64,000 nucleotides of DNA, taken from positions 101,868,001 through 101,932,000 of the forward strand of contig NC_058373.1 of NCBI RefSeq assembly GCF_018350175.1, in the 5' to 3' direction. This stretch comes from Felis catus (lineage: Eukaryota). The translations under genes were made by a program, and so were the position numbers. This document shows positions 24,999-37,509 of this stretch, in pieces (positions within the stretch are counted from its first letter, which is position 1; every line of letters begins with the position of its first letter). The notes beneath the pieces are model-generated. The model saw nothing but the letters and a program-made list of their open reading frames with translations, did not search any database and was not told where the DNA came from.

Positions 24999-26704
24999 AC
25001 CTCCTTGAAAACGGAGAAAGTTTCTATCTATCCAGTCCTTTATATCTGCTCAAAGCACCACTTGCAGCTATAGGGGCTCAGTAACTGCATGCTGTCCCAG
25101 TCCCCCATAACAGCTAGTCTAATCCACATGTTTTATATGGCTCCACCAAATTATGGGGATGTTTGTCCAGTCATTTCTAGCTCAAGTAGGCACCGTAGGA
25201 GACGATAGACAAGTGCAGGTGCCAGCACAAGAATCCCACCGTTGCCATGTTGGGATTTGCCATTCTTCCCCCTGACTTTTTAGGTGCCCCGTCAGCTCAC
25301 ATTCCTACCAAATGCATAGTGTCTGTTATTACCACTGGCCATCTGTCCCCAAGTTGTGCAGAGTTGCACTACATTTAGAAAGCTTTAGTACATGACGTGT
25401 AATAGAAATCCTTCCAAGGAGAATTTGACCATTTAAGATCCACTAGAATTCCTGCCTTTTATTGCATTTATTTAAACAGTACTTCTTGTGTGTGTGCACT
25501 TAATTTCCAGCCATTTCTCGCATGAACAAATTGCCTAAATATACTTGTGAGAAACCCTTTTATAGTAAATGTTATTAAACCGAAAACAAGGGTATAATAA
25601 AATAGCAATTTAAGGGTAATTTACTAACAACTGGAACCCTTAAACATTGACATACTATTGTGTAGTAATAATACCAGACTTGGTATTTAAGCACAATCTT
25701 TGTCACTCTAAGAATCATTGGGACAGTTTCCTAATCCTCATGGTCTTTTATTATAGCTCTTTCAGGATTTTTTTACTACTCCTATGTCACTGGCTTGTAA
25801 ATTATAAATCATCAACTTTTACCCACGTAAAACATCCAGCAAATAACATCTTTGCTCCTTATCTAGAGAAAATATTCAGAGAAAGTAGTAGAGGTGAGTT
25901 GGCACCATTGAATCTTGCCGTTCTTGGACCTCTGTATTCCAGAGTGTCTACTAAATACAGTGGTATTGGGGTGTATGATAACAGAAACTGCATCACAGAA
26001 GTGATTGACTCATTGAAAGTTTCAGGATTTCTAAGTCTTCCCCAGTAAGGAAAATCTGTTGACTACACATCTCAGTAAAAGCTCCTTGCTCTCTGGAAGG
26101 TGGTGTGAATGCCACAAAGAAGACCAATGGGCAGGGCAGCTGGACAGGACCTAGCTCTCATGTACCAAGTCCCCACATGTAGGACCAGGCTTCTGTTTGA
26201 AGGTGGAGATGCTTATTCTCTGATCAGTGTCCTGGGGATGCTTACCCTGAGAGACTGACTCAGTACTAACTAGAAAGTAGTAGACCTTGCAATGCTGGCT
26301 TATTAGCTTGCCATGAGGAGCCATCATCAGAGGGACCAGATGTACTCCAAGTCCATATACTCAGCACAGGAAGGCCTCCACAGGAAGCCAAATCATGATC
26401 AGAAACCATTTAACTCGCCCTGAAAAGCTATCATCACAGAATCTTGCAAGAGACGATCCAAGTCTGTATGGTCAGTTCATTCTCACCCAGGAATGAAGAT
26501 ACCGGGAGCAAAATCATAGTCCAAAAGTTGTTTGGCGAGTGGATAATCAGGATGAGGGAGGCTGAGGTGACTGTTGAGTGGCAACAGGTTAGCTTCATGA
26601 GTTGATCTCAGAATGGGAATGATTTTGCCTGAAGGGCTGAACTGCTTAAAGCCAATGCTAACACTTAATTTTTCCAGAGGTATATTCCAGTTTTGAAGAG
26701 GTAT

Positions 26705-27228
26705 ATTGTATTTTTTTTTTGATCATGTAACACATTACCCAGAACTTAGCAGATAAGGAAAAACAAACACGTTATCACATGCAATTCCTATGGATCAGGA
26801 ATATGAGAGGTTCTGGCTCAGGGTCTCCCAAATGTGGTCCAGAGTGCAGTCATCTGAAGGCTTAAGGGGCCGGGGGTTCTGCTTCCAAGATGGTTCCCTC
26901 ACATGGCTAGCAAGTTAGTGCTAGCTGTTGGCAGGAAGCCTCAGTTCCTCACTTTCAAGACCCCTCTCCCTACTGGGTTCTTTGAGTATCGTCATAGCAT
27001 GGTAGCTAACTTCCCCCAGAGTGAGTAACCCAAAAGAAAGCAAGGCAAAAGCCGCCAGTGCCTTTTATAACCTAGTCCATGAACTCACACACTGTCTTTT
27101 CCGCTACACTCAATTTGCTAGAAATGACTCACTAAGTCTAGCCTGCCCTGAAGGAGAAATGAATTCATTAGGCTCCATCTTTTAGACAGGAATGTCAAAG
27201 AAGGTGTGGACATACTTTAAAACCCACA
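26705..27228 (-). mobile_element. MLT1 (ERVL-MaLR) solo LTR
   Basis: gtaacacattacccagaacttag...gcttccaagatgg...cacatggctagcaagttagtgct. Confidence 0.8.
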
Positions 27229-27529
27229 GTAAGTATCACCTACGTTGTCTCTGCAACTCCTTTTTTTCCTGCCCTTCCATAGCTGGCAAGTCTTCTGCTG
27301 ATCCATGTACTCTACTGATACATTCATATTATTGTCTTTGTAAATATAATACACATATACACCTTTTATATGTAATTATATATCATATATGATATAATAT
27401 TTATAATGTGGATAATATGTTACACATTACACATATTGTCTATATTATAAATATTAATGTATTGAACTTATGGCCAAACTCTTCTAGCATGATAATCATT
27501 ATGTATCTTTATGCTCATTTGTATACCCC

Positions 27530-27715
27530 CATTCTGCCACCTCACTAGCGGGGGACCTGTGGCAAATTGCTTGACCTCTCTGTGCCTCTGTATCCTCATC
27601 TGTAAAATTAGACTGTAATAGGACCTACCTCATAAGTTTCTTGTGAGATTTAAATGAGTAATTACACGCACAGCGGTTGGAAGAGTGCCTGGCACATAGA
27701 GACCATTCAATACCA
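27530..27715 (+). mobile_element. MIR SINE
   Basis: ctctctgtgcctctgtatcctcatctgtaaaat...cctacctcata...ttaaatgag...gtgcctggcacatag. Confidence 0.85.
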
Positions 27716-28589
27716 TCAGCTGTCAGGGTGGTGTCTGTAGTTGCTGCAGAATAGTTTGATCCAGTAGTACACCTCGGAAGACTGCCCTCAGAGGGCTATC
27801 TTGGGTCCATGTTCCCAGTGGCAGTACACAAAAGTCAGAGTGGTCTTCCTGGCTACACCACAGTCCCACAGCATCCAAGCCCTGAACCGAGAATGCAGAA
27901 AGAACCGTTTCAGGCCCGGGAGGGACCAGGGCCAGAGGTCTCTTGTTTTCCTTTCCTCTTTGCTGCGCTTGTTCCTCCTCTGGCTCCCAGGTTACCCCTG
28001 ACCCAGAGTGCTTACATGGAGATAACATGTTTAGTTTGCACTCTGAGTCCTATTTATGTTTTGTTTTTGTTCCTTTTTTTTTTTTTTTTTAAGGCTGACC
28101 TTTTGCAGAAGGGTAGAATACCCAAACAGGGAAGTGACCTCGCAGAAACCTAGGGAGTTCCTCAGCCTCGTGAACTTGTATTAAGAGTTGTTCCTACATT
28201 GTATTTCTAAGTCTACGTTTTCCAGGGTGTATACTAGCTACATATGATCATCTGATGGATGTCAGACAGATTGATCTTCCTCTCAGGACCTTTTGCTTCT
28301 TGCCAGTGCCTCTTGAGCTCCTTGGGCTTAATGAATAGATTTTATCTTTATCCGAAGCATACTTGTAATTAAAAACATGCTGGGTGTTTGCTGAAAATGT
28401 ATTGACGGGAAGTTAGAGCTGGTGCTTCCTCCGTCTCCCAAAGCTACTTTAAAAGGGAAGCCATACCTAACGGAATGCACCAGGGTTGTCTTTTGTCAGG
28501 TGACAGGTAGCTAAATATAGAGTTGGAGCTGGGAGGGACGTGCTGAGGTCACTTGTGCCCTCCTGCCATCCGCCTTCCCCATCTGAATG

Positions 28590-28915
28590 TCTCCAGCTCT
28601 GTGGCTAGCCCATTTTGTAGCCTCCAGCCATACATGGCTTCTGAGCACTTCAGCTGTGGGTAGTCCAAGTTGAGATGTGATATCGGTGGTAATATACACC
28701 CTGCGTTTCAAAGACTTAATGCAAAGACAGGCATGTAGAATGTTTCCTCAATAATTTATAGTTGATTACAAGTTGAAATAGTATTTTGATACATTGGATT
28801 AAAGAAAATACATCATTACAATTAATTTCCCCTCCCTCTTTTCACTTTTCTTTTAATATTAGGAAGTTCTAAATACCGTGTGTAGCTCACATTACGTTCC
28901 TATCCATCAGTGCTT
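28590..28915. mobile_element. MER33/MER3-like hAT-Charlie DNA transposon relic
   Basis: agccatacatggcttctgagcactt...tttcaaagactta...ttgattacaagttgaaat...gtagctcacatta. Confidence 0.7.
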
Positions 28916-29344
28916 CCTTAGGCATCTATCTCTATTCTTCAGGCCTCCAGCACAGAGATTACAAGGCTTTCCTTGGTGACTCCTCTGGGTCTTTTGTCAT
29001 TGTGGCAATTCATTTCTTCTCCACATCCAATCTTAATCTCTGCCACTTCGATTTGAAGACTTCTACTTCAAATAGTTGGCTCTTCATCTTCTTATGAAAT
29101 CCCCACTTGAAAAGAGTTGAGCGTTCTTCATATTGTTCACCTGTAAGCCCAGTAGCCCCATTTTCTTTCAGCTTTTGACTTTCTACCTCTTCCAACTCTG
29201 ATATTTTTTAATGATCTTCCCTGGGTAATCCTTAGACTCTGTATATTACTTTTAAAACTCGGTGTCCAAAACCAACCAACATGGCTCTAATGTGGGCCTG
29301 AGTACTGCAGAGACAAGTAGAAGAAATTATGTCCACCATCAAGT

Positions 29345-29530
29345 ACTTGATGGTCCTTTTAATGCATTACCACACAAGGAGGGGCAGATGCTGTTGGTAA
29401 CAGTCTTAACTGATGAGGAAGTTGAGGCTCAGGTAGGTGAAGTAACTTAACAAGGTCCCACTGCAAATTAAGTGGCAGATCTGGGATTCATGCCCAGGTC
29501 TGCCAGGTTCTGGAGCTTATATTCATTCGT
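29345..29530 (-). mobile_element. MIR SINE
   Basis: gatgaggaagttgaggctcag...aagtaactt...caaggtc...aagtggcagatctgggattc. Confidence 0.75.
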
Positions 29531-30018
29531 TATATATCATGTCTTCCTTGCCTGATACTTTTCTTTGAATACACCCTTGATCTCGAGGGGCTTTATAGTA
29601 CTTGACTGATGAATTTGTAGCTTCTGGTCAACAATGATTCTTGAGCTTGTTCTGTTATGTTTCTGTCTTACTGGAATTGTGAAGTCCTTCTGCTAAATTC
29701 CGGATACTCCCTTTCAACTCTGCAGATTCCTCATGAAGGCCAGTAGGACTGCCCTGCCCTGGCCTATTGTAGGGTAATTTGTAGGCAAGAGGCAATGTCT
29801 TCAGCTGTCAGGAGTGTCTTTTCAGGAAGGGAGCTTTCTTTCTTGTGGCCTGAGATCTTCAGGATAACTATCAGTTTCCAGAACAAGCTACTTCTCAAAG
29901 GCCAGTCAAGGCAAAGTACATTGTTTATCCATGTTTACCTAAAGGCAACGAGTGTGTGTTTTGAGTAGAAGGCAACAAGAAGGGATCCTTGAGAGTGTGT
30001 TAAAAATGGATCTTCTCA

Positions 30019-30352
30019 CGAATGAACATTGAAGACATGATACCAAGTGAAATAACCAGTCACAAAAGGACAAATACTGTATGATTTCACTTACAAGAGG
30101 TAACTAGAGTAGTCAAATAGACAGACAGAAAATACAGCGGTGGTTGCCAGGAGCTGGGGGAGGGGAGAAATATGGAGGGATCATTCAGTGAGTACAGAGT
30201 TTCAGTTTGAAAAGATGAAAAAGATCTGGAAATGGATGGTGGTGATGGCTGCAAAACATTGTGAATGTCCTTAAAGCCACACCACTGCATGCTTGAAAAT
30301 GGTGAAAATAGTAGATATTATGTTATATATATTTTACCGTAATAAAGACAAC
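30019..30352 (+). mobile_element. L1 (L1MB-like) 3' end
   Basis: aagtgaaataaccagtcacaaaaggacaaatactgtatgatt...ctggaaatggatggtggtgatggctgc...aataaa. Confidence 0.85.
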
Positions 30353-31027
30353 TAACCAGATTTTCTATACATGAAGAAAAATAGCTTGCTTATCACGTGT
30401 GATCGGAGGTGGTACTGGAGCTAAGTCCCATCCTGGGTTTGAGATCACAGTTGTTTTCTGAGGTAGCTTCTCATGAGAAAGTGCATCCTGCACTGAGATG
30501 AGGGGAGTTCTTTCTTTTTCTGACAGATTTCTCCATCTAGGAAGTTTTACTTCACACAGATGCCTTTGCCAGGGTGTAAACTACTTTTCCACAGATGTCT
30601 GGGGTAGGGAAAGCAGCCTTACCTCCAAGGGATCCAATGAACGTTTGACAACACTTGCTTTTCTGTGGGGATTTTCTTATTCCTTATCCCCCTATCTGAA
30701 GGTGTGTCTACACTTTTCTAAGAAAGAGTGCAGGGCTGTAAGTTCTATTTGGTTGTACCAAAGTAGTTGTAGCCTCTTTGGAGACCTGAATGGGAATTAG
30801 ATTGAGCACCTGAACCTCTAAGAACATTTGTTCTGTGTTTCATTGATGTCAGTGCCCCCTGACATCCCGGAGTCAGTCATCCAATCTGATGAGTGGGCCA
30901 TTTTGAGAAACATTCAGCCAGGGTACATAGATTGAGACTCTAACCCATAGGAATTCTCTCTACAGTGCGGTGTTTCATGCCATTGTGGGTGTATTTGCTT
31001 ATTTGCCCCGTATATTTTCCTTTTCAG

Positions 31028-31546
31028 GAATCATTAACCAATGGCAACAGGAATCCAAGGATAAAGTGATTTCCCTCCTGTTAACTCACCTGCCTTTGCT
31101 GAAGCCAGGAAACCTCGATGCAAAAGTTGAGTATATGAAACTGCTGCCCAAAATCCTGGCGCACTCTATTGAACACAACCAGCACATCGAGGAGAGCAGG
31201 CAGCTGCTGTCCTATGCTTTGATACATCCGGCCACTTCGTTGGAAGACCGCAGTGCTTTAGCCATGTGGCTGAACCACTTGGAGGACCGCACATCGACCA
31301 GCTTCGGCGGCCAGAACCGAAGCCGCTCAGACTCTGTGGATTATGGGCAGACTCACTACTATCACCAAAGACAGAACTCCGATGACAAGCTCAATGGGTG
31401 GCAGAACTCTCGGGATTCGGGGATTTGCATCAACGCCTCCAACTGGCAGGACAAAAGCCTGGGGTGTGAGAACGGCCATGTGCCCCTCTACTCCTCTTCA
31501 TCTGTCCCCACCACAATCAATACGATTGGAACCAGCACAAGTACAA
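31028..31546 (+). CDS. SAMD4A: Internal coding exon of SAMD4A (Smaug homolog 1, RNA-binding translational repressor); 519 nt, phase 1-1, residues ~G66-T238
   Basis: Translation [88 protein letters not shown]...TIGTSTST matches recalled human SAMD4A almost exactly. Polypyrimidine acceptor tttcctttttcag|GA ends at 31027; donor ACAA|gtaagt starts at 31547. Confidence 0.97.
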
Positions 31547-33618
31547 GTAAGTTCCCAGGAAGCCCGTAAAGCAGTGTGCTTTGGTGACTTGCTGTGTGTG
31601 GCATGTCCCACTGCGAATGTCTGCTCTGAGCACCCCATGACCCTGGGAGAGACGGGCCGATGGGAATCGGCTGTGGGAAGGGGATCTTTGCATCCCATAC
31701 CTGTTGCTCTTTTGACTCTGGAAAGATAAAAATGCTGGGCAGGTAGAAATGAGTGATGGTCCAAATTTGGGTTATAAACAGACTGAAAAATAAATACGTT
31801 TGAGAGAAGAGTAAGTGGTGAAAGAAGGAAACTTCCCGTTTCCACGAGTAGAAATGCCTTTTACCCGCATGCCTTTTGCCCTGGAGTTTTTGGATTTGCC
31901 AAAACACTGAGTTATGAGTGATTCTCTAAACCTGATTCTAACCCATGGTTAACCAGATGCCCTCATGGGGTTTGTGCATTTTCTTTTTTTTTTTTTTTCT
32001 GTTTTCTTTCTTTCTTCCTTTTTTTTTTTTTTTCCTTTTTTTCATTTCACCCTGGAATGTTCCCTCCCTTGCACTTTCTGGGTTTTAGCCCCAGTTGTTG
32101 GGGGCACTTTCCCTCCTGACCAGGGAAGTAGGTTTGCTAACTTGAGAATGCTGCTCTGTGCTGTGGCCTTTTCTCACTCCGCCTCACCTAGGAGAGGCGG
32201 GTCAGGAACCGTTCTGCAGAAAGGGAGAGCAGAGGACAGCTTTCTGCTCTTTTGACCACTAAGGCAAAGTACCCTGCTTGCAGCTGGGACTAGGGCTGGG
32301 AATCCTCTGTATGGCTCCCCACTTAGGCTGAGCAAAGTGACAGACGTGCCATTTGTGCTTCTGTAAAGTGACAGTATGGGAGGGGGGCCTGTCATTGAAC
32401 AGAAATCATCCATGCTACTTGCGTGTGTTCATGAATACAGTGTCTGCAGTGAGATAACTTTCTCAGTGGAAAGCTTTTGTGGTTAGACCTTACGTGCCTG
32501 TCAACATGTAGGAACCCCCAATTAAAAGATCTGAGAGTATTAAGAATTAGCGGTGACAGCTTCTTGGCCTCTACCTCCACTTGGATCTTTTTGCTAATGG
32601 GCCCTTTTAAATGGCTTTCTCAAATACATAGGAGTGTCGAATTATAACTACGTTAATTGAAACAGGACCTTAGTGGAATAACCGAGGAAATACTTAAGAT
32701 GCTGCATTCATAATGCTACAAAATGAGATTTTTAATTCCTTTTTTCTCTATTTTTACACTGAGATATTGATAACTAGTACATTTGGGGAATTAAGTGATT
32801 ATTGCATCATTAATTTATTATGTAAGAGGTTCTGAGGACAGTCTGTTTCACAGACTAGTAATCCGGGGAATAGTTTCACTAGCTTGTGTGTGACAAAGAG
32901 TGATGGCTGGGACTGTTAAAGCAGACACATGTAGGCTGGATGACAGAGCTTTTTGGCCCAAGTTTCCTGGGTCAGGGACAGAATCTAGTAATTGTTACAA
33001 AACTCTTTGATAGGTGGGAGAGATGTGAGCTCCAAGCTGCCTGCCCTCTCAGAACTTGGTCTTTTATATTTTAAGGGGTTGAATTTTATGTCACTTGTCT
33101 TCAAGTTATTCTTGGGTCATCATATTTCTGTCTCTACTGATTTGCACATTCAGGGCTGTGTCTTGACAAGATGTGTACATTCAAGATGGTTATCAGATTG
33201 TAGTCAATGGGTACTTTCCTTTTTTACTGTGGCCCTCCAGCCTACAGAGCAGAGGTGATGCAGAAATGACTGTCATGGCCTCCCAGATCTCTGGGCCCCT
33301 GTGTAGTACTTGAGCAGAAAAAGACTTGAAGGTTTAACGAGATAACTAGATTACATATGTCAGGAAGAAGAAAGGGGTTGGAGCCCTGTTTCAGAGCATT
33401 GGCAAAGAAATCTTAGATCTGTCTTCCAGCAAGTTTCGTGCAAACACTTAGGCCATGTCAACACTTGTATTTCAATATCTCTTTAACAAAACATGAATGT
33501 CATTGCTTCAGTCTTCTGCATCGTCGATGGTGGTTAAATTGTGTTTGTCAAAACTGCCAACTTTTGGGTCATGCATTCACTCGTGCCTCTATTAAATATC
33601 TCCTGAGCACCTGGGAGG

Positions 33619-33830
33619 CAGTTTGACAAAACGGAAAGGACAGGAACCTTGGTGTCAATGCCCTGCTAAGTCCAAATCTCAGATCTACAGTTTGCTAACT
33701 ACAGCTTGGCCAAGTTACTTAACCTCTCTGAGCAAGGTCCTCACTTGTACAATGAACATTTATGATACCCATCTTTGAAGGACTGTGGTGAAGGTACTTT
33801 AGATTACACACGTAGATGCCCAGCGCTGGT
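33619..33830 (+). mobile_element. MIR SINE
   Basis: cttggccaagttacttaacctctctgagc core. Confidence 0.75.
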
Positions 33831-34429
33831 CAGAGCTGGCAACAGGGTCTGCTAAGTGAATCAGTGAGAATGGGAAAGACAGTGAGGAGCAAAGTGCTAA
33901 CACTGGGCCCAGAGTCTGTGCCTGCATTTGCACCTTCTGGTTGTCATCTGATGAAGCACCTTTCCAGAGCCCAGGGCCATGCAGAGTAGACGAGGCGTCC
34001 TTGAGTATGCTGTGGCTTTTGACCATTTCACCGCAGTAGAAAATGGATTGGACTGAAGGCTCCAGGATCTCTTCTATTGCACTAAAGAGCTACATGTCTT
34101 CTTTCTTTCAAAATGGAAAAAGATACCTACACAAAGCAACATAATTTATAAATCATAGTAAGAGAACTGAGATCATTTAGTGCTTCGCATTTTCAAATTA
34201 TCAGCCACATCAAGGACAGCTAATGAAAAGAAACTAACTAGAAGACAACCTCCTTACACAGTTTTTGGGTTTTAATCTTGGTTTATTCCACTAACGTTTG
34301 GTTCCCTTGGTCATTATGCTCCAGCAAAGTGCCTTAGCATTTGTGGCCTCCTCCCTGTGTGGATTCTGCATCGTTCAACTGCACTGAAAACACTATCCAC
34401 TTTCTGGGTACCGAGTACTGTGTTTGAGT

Positions 34430-36700
34430 CTGTGGAAAATATAAAGAAGCTTAAGGAAAGTGATTCACTTTCAGGGAACCTATAATATAACAAGAGAGAG
34501 AAGGTATATCAATCAGTCTCACAATTAAAAATGAAATATCTTCTTTTAGCCAGACTAATCTGCAAAAATTTTGCATAAAAACCCATGCATTACATAAAAA
34601 CGCAGTTAAAAAAAATAACAGCTGCCATAGGGCGATACAGGATTGTGTCAACTGAATGGGGGTCTGTACTGTAAGCACTGTGAATGTTTGAAATGGAAAG
34701 ATTCTTGTGAACTGCAGGGTCAAGAAAGCTTTTGCAAGAAATGGGGCAAGTAAGCTATGGTGGAGATGGCAGGAGTGGGGGGACCAAGGGTAGGGACATT
34801 CATTGCGAGCAAAAGGGTGGAAGTTATAGTGAGCACGCAGGGTTGGAAGACAGTGAAGAAGAAGGAAAGGTTCACGAAGGAAAAATAGCTCGTGAAAGAA
34901 AGCAATAAAAGTAGACAGGGAGGGGATCTGAGAGCTCTAAAGAGGCCAGCCATAACACCATCTGTATGACAGTGATATGAGCAATGCTGTAAGGGGGCCT
35001 GGTCTGCTATGTGCACGCCAGATGAATGACAAGGGATGACTACAACATCAGTGAGTTTCAAAGGTATCATGGGGATAGGAACAGGCATGGAGCAGAAGAA
35101 ATGGATGCTAGAAACGTTCCTAGGTATAATTATTAGAATTAGGATTCAGTATTGACTTTGGACATACATTACAGATTCATTTATTTTTTCATTCATTCAC
35201 TTAGGAAGTGTTTATTGAGTACCTACTATATGCTTAATCTACTCGAGGCACTCGGTGCGTCAGCAGACCAAAGATGCTCTCCCTTGTGGAGTTGCGTCTA
35301 CACTATTATAGTATATGAGGAAATTATATAATGTGTTAGAGATTGATAAGTGGCATGGAAATAAGAAACCGAGTAGGGTCAGTAGGATCAGGCCTAGATG
35401 GTGAGCTGATTATAGTAATAAATAGGGCGGTCAGGGTAGACCTCATCGAGAAGGTGATGTGTGAACAAAGACTTGAAGGAGGTAAGGGGGTTAGCCAAGT
35501 GAGAGTCTGGGGGAAGAACAGTCCAGCCAGAGAAAAAGCTTGAGCAAAAATCCCAAGATCTTTTCCCAGCTTGCTGGGGAAAAGCAAGAAGACCAGTGGC
35601 TGAAAGAGAGTGACGTAGACAGTGGTGGAGCTTGCAGAGGTAACAGGGAAAGACAGATCCTATGGGGCATTGCAGGGCATTGCAAGGACTTTGACTTTTG
35701 CTCTCAGTAAACCAGGAAGCCATTGGAGGGTTTTTGGCAGACGAGGGACGTGACCTTACATTTTAAAGGGATCCCTTTGACTCCTGTATTAAGAATAAAC
35801 TATACAAGGGCAAGGACAGAAACACAATGACCAGTTAAGAGGCTATTGCAGTAATCCAGGCAGGAGGGTGCTGACTTTGCCTGGGGTGGCTGAAGAAGAA
35901 GGGGGAAAAGTGGTCAGAATCTAGATCTATTTTGGAAGTACAGTAAGTGGAATTTCCTGACAAAATAAATGAAGAGTGTAAGGGAAAGGATTCAAGAATG
36001 ACTCGAAAGTTTTTGCTTCTGCAACTGGAAGGATGGAGAACATTTCTATTTATTAAATTTGAAGGTAAGATTTGGAGTTGTGTCATCTGTGATGAATCTG
36101 TGTGTCCATTCGACAATCGGAGGTGTCTAGTAGGCATTTGGATGTATGAGTATGTAGTTTGGGAGAAAGGACCAATCCGAAGATAGACATTTGGGAGTTA
36201 TCAGCACATGAGTAGCATTTAGAGCTATGAAACTGAGTAAGATTACCAAACCAGAGATGTCAGTAGAGAAGAGGACCAAGGACTGAGCCTGGGCACTTCA
36301 ACGTGAAGGCTGGGGAAGCCGAGGACAAAGCAGAAGAAATGCAGGAGAAACCATTGAAGTAAGGAAAAACTCAGGTGTGTGTATGTCTTACAAGGCGAAT
36401 GAAGAACATGTTTCAAGGGGAAAAAGTGATCAAGTGAGTAAAATTCTACTGACGTGTCTACTAAGGTGAGGACCAAGAATTAACCCCTGGATTTATCAAG
36501 AAGGTATATTGGAGGTAAATTGGGGGGGTACTTCCCAGATGGTAGGCATTTGGGGGCTGAAGAAAGTTATGTTAGTGATTCCAAAGAGATAAAAGCCAGG
36601 ATAGGGAAAGAAACTAGCTACAAGCTCCAATCTTGGATGTGTGTTGACTTTGAGAAGGTGCTAGAACATTGAGATGGAGAAAAATGATGTTTAGAGGGCA
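34430..36700 (-). mobile_element. L2 LINE fragments (a younger L2a-like piece at ~35176-36500 inside older L2)
   Basis: ttcattcattca...tttattgagtacctactatatgc tail, gttaagaggctattgcagtaatccaggc, gagaagaggaccaaggactgagcc. Confidence 0.8.
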
Positions 36701-37283
36701 TTAAAAACAGATGATGGTGCCATGCAGAGTTTTAGAAGGGATCAAGATGAGGCTAAGAGTGGGAGGCAAAAACTACACCCTAATATAACAACAATCAACC
36801 AATTTTCATGCATTTAAGCAGACTCAAGAGTACCTTTTTATTAGTTGCAGATGTTAAATTAAGTGAGATCACACAGGACTTTTGGACATTCTCTTCCATA
36901 ATAAAGAGACAAATGGTTTGGGACAGCAGAGAAGTTGATTAAACACTTAGGGTAGCATCAAGGTGTTTCAGAAGAGAGGGAAGAATGTAATTTTCAGTAC
37001 CTCACTCTCCTCGTAAGGCTACTCAGGGTCTGGTTACTGAAAGCAAGAATGTACAGATTCTTCATCATGAGCCCATGGGACCAGAAAGGACCAAGGTATT
37101 GGCTGTCACAGACTGTGCACAAATCTTAGTCAACTTTCTTTTGGCCATTATAAGCAATTCCAAGGGTAAGGTGCATAGAACCTGGCTTAGCATCTCTACG
37201 TTTGCTTCCTGTCTGAAGTCTGCTATAGAAAAAGCACACCATTAGGAAAAGACCATTCGGGAAAAGTATCTCCTGGATTTCTT

Positions 37284-37509
37284 TTTTTTTTTTTTAATTT
37301 TTTTTTCAACGTTTATTTATTTTTGGGACAGAGAGAGACAGAGCATGAATGGGGGAGGGGCAGAGAGAGAGGGAGACACAGAATCGGAAACAGGCTCCAG
37401 GCTCTGAGCCATCAGCCCAGAGCCCGACGCGGGGCTCGAACTCACGGACCGCGAGATCGTGACCTGGCTGAAGTCGGACGCTTAACCGACTGCGCCACCC
37501 AGGCACCCC
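37284..37509 (-). mobile_element. Young Can-SINE
   Basis: CpG-rich; perfect 16-bp TSD atctcctggatttctt at 37268-37283 and 37510-37525. Confidence 0.96.

Larger units (their letters stand above)
1..31027 (+). other. SAMD4A: SAMD4A intron upstream of the exon (partial)
   Basis: The N-terminal SAMD4A peptide (MMFRDQVG...EANSP) is not in the ORF track; repeat-rich sequence ending in a canonical acceptor. Confidence 0.85.

Noticed and set aside
30845..30866. 8-bp perfect stem gatgtcag/ctgacatc upstream of the acceptor
   Set aside because: Stems of this length are expected several times by chance in this window.
31028..31546. Smaug recognition element (CNGG stem-loop) for autoregulation in the exon
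   Set aside because: CNGG occurrences checked by eye lack a convincing closing stem.
31537..31552. Tandem alternative donor 6 nt upstream (acaa|gtacaa)
   Set aside because: Much weaker than the consensus gtaagt; no support.
30970..31569. 199-aa ORF as a standalone gene
   Set aside because: It is the SAMD4A exon plus in-frame intronic flanks; canonical splice sites delimit 31028-31546.
30351..34295. QKI-type ACTAAC motifs on both sides of the exon
   Set aside because: Frequency is consistent with chance; one is at an L1 tail.
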